From Minisyncoccota bacterium (GTDB lineage Bacteria; Verrucomicrobiota; Verrucomicrobiia; Limisphaerales; UBA8199), in contig DAOTCE010000016.1 of the NCBI GenBank assembly GCA_035452965.1, forward strand, positions 3,630 through 67,629: a stretch of DNA of 64,000 bases, in the 5' to 3' direction. Within the stretch, counting starts at the first letter, position 1, and each line of letters begins with the position of its first letter. The notes under the pieces are model-generated. The model saw only the letters and a list, made by a program, of their open reading frames with translations, searched no databases and was not told the origin of the DNA. The position numbers were made by a program, and so were the translations under genes. Positions 55,459 to 64,000 of this stretch are shown here, piece by piece.

Positions 55459-56760
55459 ATGAAGCTATACCCTGAGCCAAAAATGGAAACTACATCTCCG
55501 GCGCGTTTTACGGTCGGTTTAATGGTGTGGGCGTCGCTCGCGCTCGCAGGTTCCAACGCGCAGACCAACACCTCCGCTCCTGGCCCGGTTCCAGCCCAGG
55601 TAGTCATCATCGGAACGCTGCATGGCGGGCACAGGTCGAGCACCAACTACTCCGTGGAACTGCTGCGAAAGCTGATTGTGGCCGTGAAACCGGCCGCTAT
55701 TTTGATAGAGACTCCGCCGGAGATTGCTGGCCAGCCGACGGTGCGCGACGGGCGGGCCACCAACCCGGGAGGCGGTGTTGAAAACACCATAGCAAACATT
55801 GCGGCGGATGATTTGGGCGTCAATGTCATTGCTTACGACCGTGAGGGGCGCCAGGAGTACTACCTGAAGACCCACTATATTCCGCGTCAGGAGGCTGCTT
55901 TCAGGGGCCTGGACAGGTGGTTTACCGCCCAGGCCGGCCGCGCACCGGACTCGATTGTCCACCTGGCGAACCGGCTGAGGCTCGAGACGATCGGAAAGCA
56001 AGACAACATCAACCGCAAAGGCGGCCCAGAGGCGGTCAACTCGGCCAATTTCGACATGGTGATCGCTGCCAAGCACGGCATTCTCTTCGGCATGGGGCCG
56101 AAGCTGGTCATGGCTGCCGGGGAGCAGGCGTTGGCCGAGGAGCTGTTCTTCGTGAGCCATGAGTGGCAGGAGCGCAACCAGATTATGGCCCGGCACATAC
56201 GGGAGATTGCCTGCAAGTTCGCAGGCAAGCGCCTGGTGGTCCTGACGGGGGCGGAACACCGATACATCCTGCGCGAGCTGCTGGCGAAGGCGCCGGAGTT
56301 GGAGATTAGGGAGTTCTACGAGGTGCCCGAATGGACCGGAGCCGTGCCGCCGGAGTTCGCCAGCCCGGCGCGGAAAGGGCAGCTCGCGGGCCCAGCCTCG
56401 ATCGGGCAGCGACCCGGCGCTCGAAACGGAGACGCAGCCAGCGCCGCAGCACCAGAGGTAACGCTGGTGGGCATCGGCATCGAGCTGCAGAACGGGTATC
56501 CCGACATCAAACGCTTGTTCCCCGGCTCGCCGGCCGAGTTGTGCGGTCAGCTTCATCCGGGGGATCGTATTCTCGCCCTGGCGCAGGGCGATCAAGCATT
56601 TGTGGATTCTCGCAAGCTGGGCCTGCAGGAGCTGGTGCAGATGATCCGCGGCAAGCCTGGCACGACGATCCGGCTTCAGGTCCTGCCGGCTGACGCTCCG
56701 CCAGTTGCGACTCCCCGGACAATCGCCCTTGTCAGGAACAGCTACGCCATCAACCGCTGA
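55459..56760 (+). CDS. secreted TraB/GumN (Tiki-superfamily)-like domain protein with C-terminal PDZ domain
   Basis: Signal-like N-terminus. VVIIGTLHGGH...AAILIETPPE resembles the TraB/GumN start. The C-terminal GIGIELQNGYPDIKRLFPGSPAELCGQLHPGDRILAL is PDZ-like. Confidence 0.55.
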   Translation: MKLYPEPKMETTSPARFTVGLMVWASLALAGSNAQTNTSAPGPVPAQVVIIGTLHGGHRSSTNYSVELLRKLIVAVKPAAILIETPPEIAGQPTVRDGRATNPGGGVENTIANIAADDLGVNVIAYDREGRQEYYLKTHYIPRQEAAFRGLDRWFTAQAGRAPDSIVHLANRLRLETIGKQDNINRKGGPEAVNSANFDMVIAAKHGILFGMGPKLVMAAGEQALAEELFFVSHEWQERNQIMARHIREIACKFAGKRLVVLTGAEHRYILRELLAKAPELEIREFYEVPEWTGAVPPEFASPARKGQLAGPASIGQRPGARNGDAASAAAPEVTLVGIGIELQNGYPDIKRLFPGSPAELCGQLHPGDRILALAQGDQAFVDSRKLGLQELVQMIRGKPGTTIRLQVLPADAPPVATPRTIALVRNSYAINR

Positions 56761-56979
56761 GCTGCAGTGGGAAAGGAGCTCGGCCGCCGCTTATCAGGCT
56801 TTGCGAGGACGGGAGCTGCTCCCCCATGCATCCGCGCTGCGGCCGCGCGGGGTGTTACAATATGCTTGCCAGCGAGCGGGCGTATGCGAGAATGTGGGAG
56901 TATTAGTTTATGACCACAGCAGTGCAGCAAGCTTGGCAGATTACAGCCGCATGAATGAATTCCAGCCGGGGAGGCTGAG

Positions 56980-57636
56980 TTGAGCCGCCCTTTTCCCTTC
57001 CGTTCGCGTTACTCCCGGGAGCCTCTGCATCGTCGCAATGGCAAGATCCGTGCCCGTGAAGTGCGCGTGCTCGACGAGAACAAGCAGCAAGTGGGGGTCA
57101 TGTCCCTCAACGAAGCCCTGCGGCTAGCCATGAGCAAGGGGCTGGACTTGGTGGAAATCGCCCCCAACGCCACGCCGTCCGTGTGCCGGATCGTGGATTA
57201 CGGCAAGTTCATGTACGAAGAGGCCAAGCGGCATAAGGACACGCAGGGGCGCCAGTCGGCGAGCAAGATGAAGGAGATTCAGCTTTCGCCGACGATTGAT
57301 CCACACGACCTGGAAATAAAGGTAGGCCACGCGGTCGGCTTCCTGTGCGAGGATATGAAGGTGCGGGTCAAGCTGCGCTTTCGCGGGCGGCAGAAGGCGC
57401 ACACGGAATTCGGGTTTGAGGTGGTCAACCGCTTCGTCCAGAAGATCAGCCCCTGGGGCCAGGCGGATGCACCGCCGAAGATGCTGGGCGACCGCGACCT
57501 AAACGTCGTTCTCAGCCCATTGCCTCGCAACAAACGCGCCAGGAATCCCCGCCAATCCGAGCCGCCGGAACCAGCAGCGCAGGGAGCACCGTCGATGCCG
57601 CCAGTTGCGCCGCCAGCATCCGGTTCGGCTGCTTAG
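56980..57636 (+). CDS. infC: translation initiation factor IF-3
   Basis: NGKIRAREVRVLDENKQQVGVMSLNEALRLA and the rest of the sequence is typical IF3. The first in-frame start is TTG 56980, preceded by GGAGG (56970-56974). Confidence 0.9.
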   Translation: MSRPFPFRSRYSREPLHRRNGKIRAREVRVLDENKQQVGVMSLNEALRLAMSKGLDLVEIAPNATPSVCRIVDYGKFMYEEAKRHKDTQGRQSASKMKEIQLSPTIDPHDLEIKVGHAVGFLCEDMKVRVKLRFRGRQKAHTEFGFEVVNRFVQKISPWGQADAPPKMLGDRDLNVVLSPLPRNKRARNPRQSEPPEPAAQGAPSMPPVAPPASGSAA

Positions 57637-57805
57637 AGCCTGTTTAAAAATGCCAGTCTAATGCCGGGTGTGGACACCCGGCCTACAGGGAATCGGCGAA
57701 AAGGCGCAAGCCTGTAGGCCCAGTCCCCTGACCGGGCGAATTCTCAAACAAGCTCTTAGCCCGGATATTTCATCTTCCGCACGAAATGCTGACAGGCCAG
57801 CGCGT

Positions 57806-57857
57806 GGGCATCCTGCCCGCTTGAGTCACTCTAACCTTGTAAGCGGGCAGGATGCCC
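57806..57857. other. 17-bp perfect stem-loop in the convergent infC/BON spacer
   Basis: GGGCATCCTGCCCGCTT (57806-57822) pairs with AAGCGGGCAGGATGCCC (57841-57857) around an 18-nt loop. No T-tract on either strand. Confidence 0.85.
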
Positions 57858-57890
57858 GCAGCACCACTTCGCAGGGGTGAGAGGTCCCGA

Positions 57891-58382
57891 CTAGGAATCG
57901 GCTTTCGGTTTCACCTGAAGGGTGGAGACCACCTCGCGCACACCGTCAGTCTCCATCGCCAACAGTATCGCCTCGCCGATATGATCGGAGGAGGTCACAA
58001 AGCCGGATAAGGTGACTACTCCGCCGGTGGTGTTGACTGAAATATTGAGCGCCGAGAGATCACGGCTCGCGACCAGCTTGGCCTTGATGGCAGCAGTAAT
58101 GCGCGCGTCGGCGGTGGCATCGGCTATCGCCTTGCCGGCTGCGCTGGCTTCGCGGCGAACAACTTGACCGGTGCGAGCCAGTTCCTCCTTGATGTCCTCG
58201 GGCCGCAGCCGGAGAGAGCGGATCTTGTCCTGGGCTGCGTCGCGGGCAGCGGTGGCGGCACTCTCGACCTTCTTCTCGGCCGACTGCCAGCGCGGGTCAT
58301 TCCGATACGTAGTGTAAAACCAGACTCCCGCACCGCCAACGGCGATGCCCAGGACCAACACCATGAACGTTCTCATACTCAA
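57891..58382 (-). CDS. membrane-anchored BON-domain protein
   Basis: N-terminal TM FMVLVLGIAVGGAGVWFY. C-terminal BON pattern ISVNTTGGVVTLSGFVTSSDHIGEAILLAMETDGVREVVSTLQV. Confidence 0.8.
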   Translation of the reverse strand: MSMRTFMVLVLGIAVGGAGVWFYTTYRNDPRWQSAEKKVESAATAARDAAQDKIRSLRLRPEDIKEELARTGQVVRREASAAGKAIADATADARITAAIKAKLVASRDLSALNISVNTTGGVVTLSGFVTSSDHIGEAILLAMETDGVREVVSTLQVKPKADS

Positions 58383-58388
58383 CGCGGT

Positions 58389-59849
58389 CTATTCGTTGTG
58401 GGGAATCTTGATCGTGCTGCCGCCAATAAACTCACGGATGACGGCATCACCGGGGATTATGTCGTAATTCGCAGCCTGTTCCCTGCCCAGCGCCTCCACG
58501 GAATCCAGCAGATGCTTGACCCGCTCATAGCGGATGCGGGCGTCTAGAAAACCACTGTAGGATTGAAAGTCCTCAGGGCATGGCAGGTAGCCGTCCGGGC
58601 CGCAGAAAAACGGCTTGAGAACGGGCAGGTCGAATGGGAAGCCGCCATTGACAACGTGGTCGGCCAATCCGCTCAACGGGATGATGCTGAATAGTTCGCC
58701 TGCGCGGACATAATGCCAGTGCAGGATCGTGAGCAGCGGGCTGTGATTGCGGTGCTGAACATCGCGCAGCATGCGGCGCAGCAGGCGGACATCAGTGAAA
58801 TGCGTGCGGCGCCCGCTGCTGCCATCGCCCTCGTAGAGAACATTCTGAGTCTCGATGTAGAGGCGGAACTGCGAGGAGGCGGGAATGCCTTCCGTAATGG
58901 GCGGGTAAAGCCCATGCAAGCAATCCAGCAGGAGAATCTGCCCGGCCTCCAATTTGATGCGTTTGGTGGCAGTGCGGCGGCCTTCCTTGAAACTGTAAAT
59001 CGGCTTCTCAATGGTCTCGCCCGCGAGCAGTGCGGCGAGGTGGCTGTTGAGCAACTGGATGTCCAGTGCTTCGGGCGTCTCATAGTTGCGGTCGTTGATC
59101 CAATCGGTGGGATGCTCGACGAGCGACCAGAAATAGTCATCAAGGTTGAGCATCAGAAAGCGCAGGCCCTGCTTCTGGAGCCGCTCCGTCAATTTGACGG
59201 TGGTGGTCGTCTTCCCGGAGGAGCTCGGGCCGCTGACCCACATCATGCGAAGCGGATCCCCGCCGCTGCAGCGCTGCATGACCTTCCGGGCCGCTTCGTC
59301 AAGCGACTGCTCATACAGTCCGAGCGACTCGTCCACCAGCGCCTTGGTTCTCCCGCTGCGGACGATTTCGTTGAGACCGGCGACGGTATCGCAGCCACGC
59401 GCTCGGTTCCAGGCCAGTGTCTGATCCATGCGCACTCGCGGAAAGCCGTTGCCCATGAACTTATCCGTCGTAATCGCGCCTTCCCGCAGCCAATGCCTGC
59501 CCCAGCGATAACATTCGTAGGCGTCGGCCGTGTTCTGGAAGCCATAGCTCCGCAACGCGTGGAGCACCTCGTCCTGGATTGTCTCGATAGTCGGCGGGAA
59601 ATTGGAGATCAGGTGATGCGGATCGGAATTGAGGCACACAACCACTGCGTCGGCCAGAAACTCGGCGATCTTGTCATTGCTGCCGTGCGCCTGGAAAATG
59701 GCTTCGTTGACGCCGGGGACAAGGTCCTGGCTAAACCCTCCTATGGACTCTGCGGCGTGGAAAATAGCCCGCCGGATGCGCATGTCGTCGAACTTCACGA
59801 GTGCGCGATTCCGCTTCTGTACTTTGACTATTCGGTTTTGGACTGCCAT
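58389..59849 (-). CDS. ATP-cone domain fused to a uridine-kinase/phosphoribulokinase-like P-loop kinase
   Basis: The N-terminus VKVQKRNRALVKFDDMRIRRAIFHAA ... TIETIQDEVLHALRSYGFQNTADAYECYR is ATP-cone-like. The P-loop WVSGPSSSGKTTTTVKL followed by LNLDDYF and ETPEALD resembles the Udk/PRK family. Confidence 0.65.
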   Translation of the reverse strand: MAVQNRIVKVQKRNRALVKFDDMRIRRAIFHAAESIGGFSQDLVPGVNEAIFQAHGSNDKIAEFLADAVVVCLNSDPHHLISNFPPTIETIQDEVLHALRSYGFQNTADAYECYRWGRHWLREGAITTDKFMGNGFPRVRMDQTLAWNRARGCDTVAGLNEIVRSGRTKALVDESLGLYEQSLDEAARKVMQRCSGGDPLRMMWVSGPSSSGKTTTTVKLTERLQKQGLRFLMLNLDDYFWSLVEHPTDWINDRNYETPEALDIQLLNSHLAALLAGETIEKPIYSFKEGRRTATKRIKLEAGQILLLDCLHGLYPPITEGIPASSQFRLYIETQNVLYEGDGSSGRRTHFTDVRLLRRMLRDVQHRNHSPLLTILHWHYVRAGELFSIIPLSGLADHVVNGGFPFDLPVLKPFFCGPDGYLPCPEDFQSYSGFLDARIRYERVKHLLDSVEALGREQAANYDIIPGDAVIREFIGGSTIKIPHNE

Positions 59850-59991
59850 GTGGTCTGACTATACACCAGGGCCGGCGGCTGACAACGTAGTTCATCCTCC
59901 GGCGGGCACTCCGGACGAAACACGCCAGGACAATCGGCTCCCGCCCCCTGCGCACCGGAAGCAGGTCTCAGGATTGCATGACCGCGGAGGA

Positions 59992-61440
59992 ATGTTAGGC
60001 TCCAAACCGGAAGCTATGATACGACGATTCTCTGCTTCAGTGCTCGCGACGATTCTGGTGGGGTGGGCTGCGTCTGCCTCGGCAGCCCCCCAAGACCCCC
60101 GGCACAACATCCTTTTCATCTTATCGGACGATCACCGCGCGGATGGCGCGGGTGCGATGGGCAACCCGCGCCTCAAGACGCCCACACTCGACAAGTTGGT
60201 TGAGCGGGGCGTCGCATTCCGACGGGCCTACGTTATGGGCTCCCTGGAAGGTGCCGTGTGCTGCCCAAGCCGGTGCATGGTCCAAACCGGGCGCTCGCTG
60301 TTCCACCTCCCCAAGGCGAACCTGCGCAAGGGCTACGCCCAATTCGCAACCGCAATGAAGGACAAGACTGAAGGCCGTGACTGGGCACTCGTGCCTCGCG
60401 TCCTGCGCGCCCACGGCTATGCCACGTTCCACATCGGCAAACGGAGCAATGAATGTGTCCCCGCCCTCGATTCCTACGACCTCGATATCACCCGCAATGA
60501 CACCAAGCCGGAAGATCGCGCCCGCTCCAGCCAAGTCCATGCCGACGGCGTAATCGAGTATCTCCGCACCCGCAAGCGCACCAAGTCGTTCTTCATCTAC
60601 CTGGCGCCGCCTGTGCCCCACGACCCGCGGGTCGCGCCGAGGGAATTCATGGACTTGTACCAACCTGCGGACATGCCTCTGCCGGCGAGCTTCCTGCCCG
60701 TGCATCCATTTGACAACGGTGAGATGACGGTTCGCGACGAGCAGTTGGCTCCCTGGCCGCGCACACCAAACATCATCCGCCGGCACCTGGCGGACTACTA
60801 CGCCTGCATCACCTGCCTGGACTACCACCTGGGCCGCATCGTCGCCTGCCTCGATGATCTCGGTGAACTGACGAATACGATCATCATCTTCGCCGGGGAC
60901 AACGGGCTTTCGTTGGGCGAGCATGGCCTGATGGGGAAGCAGAACCTCTACGAATACGGCGGCATGCACGTGCCACTGGTGATTGCCGGCCCGGGCATCA
61001 AGCAGGGGCGGAGCGACGCCTTGGTCTATCTCTACGACCTGTTCCCAACCATCTGCGATCTGGCGGGCGTGCCCGTGCCGGCGTCAGCCGAAGGCAAGAG
61101 CCTGGTGCCCGTGCTCAAAGGGAAGCGCATGCGGGAGCGCGATTACCTGTTCACCGCTTACAAGAACGTCCAGCGCGCCGTGCGCACCGACCGCTGGAAG
61201 CTCATTCGTTACCCTCAAGTGGACCAGACGCAGCTCTTTGACCTGCAAACCGACCCGCATGAGTTGAAGAACCTCGCTGCCGCGCCCGAATACGCGGACC
61301 GGGTCAAGGAAATGCTGGCCCTGCTTGCAAGAGCGCAGGAGCAGTACGGCGACACTTGTCCGCTTACTCTCGCCAACCCCAAACCGGCCACGTGGTCTCC
61401 TCCAGATAGAATGTCAACCAACCCGGGAGGCAAGCAGTAG
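59992..61440 (+). CDS. secreted formylglycine-dependent sulfatase
   Basis: ORF 59629..61440 with ATG 59992 or 60016 (MIRRFSASVLATILVGWAASASA). Motifs are LFILSDDHRAD and CCPSRCM (the C-x-P-x-R motif). Confidence 0.85.
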   Translation: MLGSKPEAMIRRFSASVLATILVGWAASASAAPQDPRHNILFILSDDHRADGAGAMGNPRLKTPTLDKLVERGVAFRRAYVMGSLEGAVCCPSRCMVQTGRSLFHLPKANLRKGYAQFATAMKDKTEGRDWALVPRVLRAHGYATFHIGKRSNECVPALDSYDLDITRNDTKPEDRARSSQVHADGVIEYLRTRKRTKSFFIYLAPPVPHDPRVAPREFMDLYQPADMPLPASFLPVHPFDNGEMTVRDEQLAPWPRTPNIIRRHLADYYACITCLDYHLGRIVACLDDLGELTNTIIIFAGDNGLSLGEHGLMGKQNLYEYGGMHVPLVIAGPGIKQGRSDALVYLYDLFPTICDLAGVPVPASAEGKSLVPVLKGKRMRERDYLFTAYKNVQRAVRTDRWKLIRYPQVDQTQLFDLQTDPHELKNLAAAPEYADRVKEMLALLARAQEQYGDTCPLTLANPKPATWSPPDRMSTNPGGKQ

Positions 61441-61539
61441 GTTCCACCCGGCCGGCAATAAAGCTCGGGATAGAGCGGACGAGAGCGGCCCTCGAAAAGA
61501 ATGAAATTGGACCCACCAGCCGAAACCCGGGAATCCTCC

Positions 61540-62940
61540 TCAGGATCGTGTGCGCACCCGGTTCGCCAACGCCTCCAACCGCTCGAGCAGCAGCCTTTCA
61601 ACCTCACCGCGGAAGGGCCCATAGAAGCCATAGTAGATCATTGACGATTCCGTCTCATAACCGCCTTCCTTTATCAGCCGCGCGGTGGGAATATAGCAGG
61701 GCACTTCGTAAGCATAACCGACCGGCCAAGGATAATCGCCAGCCAGCAGCCGCTTCAGCTGGCGCGAGTAATCCACCACCACTTCACCTCCCATCAGCAC
61801 AAAGGTCAGATCATCACCCAGGCGCAAGATCGCCACCGGCAATTTGACCGACCCCGGCGACGGCTGACCAGCGTTCAACCGCTTGAGGTATGCCTCTGCC
61901 CGAAGTTTGACATAGATGTCCCCACTCCCCGCGTCCTGTTCCAACTTCTCCCGGCTGGGCTGCACCGCCAGCGGCAGTTCGACTTCTTCGTAGGCCAGCT
62001 TCAACGCGCCCCGCACCGGACGCATCGGACGATTCAACACCCCGATCACGGCGCCGGCCAGTTCCAGACCGTGCCGTTTGGCGTCGAGCAACTGGCCGCG
62101 CGGCGCCGGGTCAGAGTCGGCACCCATGCCCATTAGAAACATAGCCGCAGCGCCCGGCTGATGCGCCTCGAGGTGTTGGCGGGCATAAGCCATGTACTCG
62201 CCGGAAACCGCATACCAGTCCTCGCCGCTGCGGACAGATGTTCCGTGGCAGGCATATCCAAACAGGATCGCGCGGACCGCCCCGTTGGTGCCTCTGACCC
62301 GCAGCACGGGCACGTCCCAGTCCGTCGGACCGTTGGGATTGTCACCGAATACGACACTGTCGCCCCGATACACGCGGCGGTTCATTGCAAAGCCGGCGCG
62401 ACCCAAGCCGTGCTCCAGCGTTGCGGGCTGGCAATCCGCCAGAGCGGCGCCCACTGCCTCCACTAATTTGGCCCGCAGCAACCGGCTGTACTTGGCGATC
62501 TGCTCAAGATCCTCTGACGACGGCTGGACCATATCCGTCAGTGTCTGGTCCAACACCGGCGCGGAATGCGTGTGACTGGAGACAACCGCCACCTCGCCTC
62601 GGCCCAATTGGAATCGGTCGGCCAGCTCCCGCAGCACCGGCTGCATGAAAGCGTGGCTGACCTCGCAGTTATCCAGTGCGAGAAACACGAACCGCTCACC
62701 CGACGGATTTCGCAGGGCCAGCGCCTGCGCTACCAAAGCGTGATCCAGCTTGTCGGCCGGCCGTTTCCGACCGGCGTAACCGGCCAGCCGGATAGGCAGC
62801 TCCGGCGTGATGTCCCGCACGGCGATACCCACCTCGGGAGAGGAATTCCCGGCCGCATGGCCAGGGGCCTCAAAATACAACCCGGCGCACAGCACCAACC
62901 CAGCGCACACGCCCCGGGATAACTGGCGAGCGGTCTTCAT
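61540..62940 (-). CDS. secreted neutral/alkaline ceramidase-like hydrolase
   Basis: Signal peptide. LAGYAGRKRPADKLDHALVAQAL and SSHTHSAP resemble the ceramidase N-terminal domain motifs. Confidence 0.5.
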   Translation of the reverse strand: MKTARQLSRGVCAGLVLCAGLYFEAPGHAAGNSSPEVGIAVRDITPELPIRLAGYAGRKRPADKLDHALVAQALALRNPSGERFVFLALDNCEVSHAFMQPVLRELADRFQLGRGEVAVVSSHTHSAPVLDQTLTDMVQPSSEDLEQIAKYSRLLRAKLVEAVGAALADCQPATLEHGLGRAGFAMNRRVYRGDSVVFGDNPNGPTDWDVPVLRVRGTNGAVRAILFGYACHGTSVRSGEDWYAVSGEYMAYARQHLEAHQPGAAAMFLMGMGADSDPAPRGQLLDAKRHGLELAGAVIGVLNRPMRPVRGALKLAYEEVELPLAVQPSREKLEQDAGSGDIYVKLRAEAYLKRLNAGQPSPGSVKLPVAILRLGDDLTFVLMGGEVVVDYSRQLKRLLAGDYPWPVGYAYEVPCYIPTARLIKEGGYETESSMIYYGFYGPFRGEVERLLLERLEALANRVRTRS

Positions 62941-62956
62941 TGGTGGCCCTTTGCGC

Positions 62957-64000
62957 TCAGGCTTTCACCAACGCAGCGCTGTGAGCCTGCACCTTGCGGA
63001 TCGCTTCCAGGATGTCGTCCATGGCGCTGCGGTCGGTCAGCAACATCGTCTGGCTGAAGGAGACTGTCGTTTCGCACACCTGCTTGTTGCCTTTCAATTC
63101 CTGGAAACTATCGCGGTAAGCCTTGAGCCGCTTGGTGCCCCAAAGCCGCTTGAAGCCGCGCGAGGCAATGGCTTCGTCGAGCAGGCCGTCGTAATACTGC
63201 TCGTGGTAGACGCCACCGCAAGGCACCCCTTCCGCCCCCATCGCCTTGGCGAACTGCTCGCGTGACAGGCCGTTGAATTGCGCCGGATCGTAGCGAAACG
63301 AATAAAGGTGCCACACCGGCCGGCTGTTTTCCGACAGCCGCACCGGCGTGATGCCAGGAATCTTGCCCAGGTTGGCGCTCAGGTAGTCGGCATTCGCCCG
63401 TCGGACTTCGGTTTCCTGGACCAGCTTCTCAAGCTGGTTCCTGAGCAGCACCGCCTGCGCCTGGGTCATCCGGTAATTATTGCCGCGGGTGAAGCACCCG
63501 TTCCCCTTGTTCGTTCCGACCGCGCGGCCGCAGTTGTGATAGGAGTCGCACTTGTCAATCAACTCCTCGCTCATGCTCGTAATGGCGCCCCCCTCGCCGG
63601 ACGGGAGGTGCTTCGATTCCTGGAAGCTGAAGCAGCCCAGGTCACCGAGTGTGCCGCACTTTCGGCCCTTATACTCCGCGAGCCACGCCTGGCAGGCATC
63701 CTCGACCACCGCCAGTTTGTGCTTCCGCGCGATGGCGTTGATCGGATCCATGTCGCACGGCATGCCAAAGATGTGGACCGGCATGATCGCCCGCGTCCGA
63801 TCCGTTATGCGGCTCTCGATCATGGCAGGGTCCACGGTAAGGGTGGCCGGGTCGGTATCGGCAAACACCGGCAGGGCCTTGTGCGAAAGAATGGCATTGT
63901 AGCTCGCAATGAAAGTGTAAGGGGAGACGATCACCTCATCCCCGGCATCCACATCCATCGCGTACAAGCTGACGATCAGCGCCGTAGTGCCGCTGGTGGT
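62957..64000 (-). CDS. DegT/DnrJ/EryC1/StrS-family PLP aminotransferase (N-terminus beyond window end)
   Basis: The reading frame stays open upstream of the M at 63967 up to the window edge. Motifs: VIVSPYTFIASYNAI and CFSFQESKHLPSGEGGAI (PLP lysine region). Confidence 0.8.
   Translation of the reverse strand, partial: TTSGTTALIVSLYAMDVDAGDEVIVSPYTFIASYNAILSHKALPVFADTDPATLTVDPAMIESRITDRTRAIMPVHIFGMPCDMDPINAIARKHKLAVVEDACQAWLAEYKGRKCGTLGDLGCFSFQESKHLPSGEGGAITSMSEELIDKCDSYHNCGRAVGTNKGNGCFTRGNNYRMTQAQAVLLRNQLEKLVQETEVRRANADYLSANLGKIPGITPVRLSENSRPVWHLYSFRYDPAQFNGLSREQFAKAMGAEGVPCGGVYHEQYYDGLLDEAIASRGFKRLWGTKRLKAYRDSFQELKGNKQVCETTVSFSQTMLLTDRSAMDDILEAIRKVQAHSAALVKA

Noticed and set aside
57668-57880. 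70-aa ORF in the infC/BON spacer
   Set aside because: It consists almost entirely of translated hairpin arms, has no SD or start context, and its composition is not protein-like.

Overview
This is a high-GC (about 60% by eye) 64-kb chromosomal window with roughly 50 protein-coding genes. I found no rRNA, tRNA, CRISPR array, transposase, integrase or phage gene. The gene content suggests a free-living member of the PVC superphylum, probably Verrucomicrobiota; this is inference only, with no marker gene in the window. The supporting genes are TAT-signal Gfo/Idh/MocA oxidoreductases, a formylglycine-type sulfatase, DUF2961/GH172, NPCBM-GH36, a GH13 with a malectin domain and a DADGDGLSNLAEF tail, and a pseudopilin-like C-terminus. 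Housekeeping blocks are rpmI-rplT-pheS-pheT, nadC-birA-coaX-trpA-(mannose-1-P guanylyltransferase), tyrA-aroA-cmk-plsC, cysS-tmk and a solitary infC. These blocks are interleaved with carbohydrate-active and envelope genes. Most long ORFs in the six-frame track that lie antisense to these genes are GC-driven shadow ORFs. Six items seem most worth follow-up. (1) A tightly coupled pair at 1209-5406: a divergent GalU-like nucleotidyltransferase plus a 1116-aa fusion of an unknown N-terminal region, a fucokinase-like GHMP fold with a degenerate phosphate loop, and a UDPGP-type pyrophosphorylase. (2) A dispersed palindromic element with cores at 12929, 26192 and 47410, showing compensatory arm substitutions and 104-nt conserved flanks in two copies. 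(3) An ATP-cone::uridine-kinase-like fusion coupled to a BON protein. (4) A P-loop-less YchF paralogue. (5) An orphan protein coupled to a stand-alone CBM48 mini-protein. (6) A Dabb / TAT-exported DUF4838-like / sirtuin operon joined by two ATGA overlaps. I did not find a convincing defence island or mobile element. No novelty claim here can be settled without database searches.
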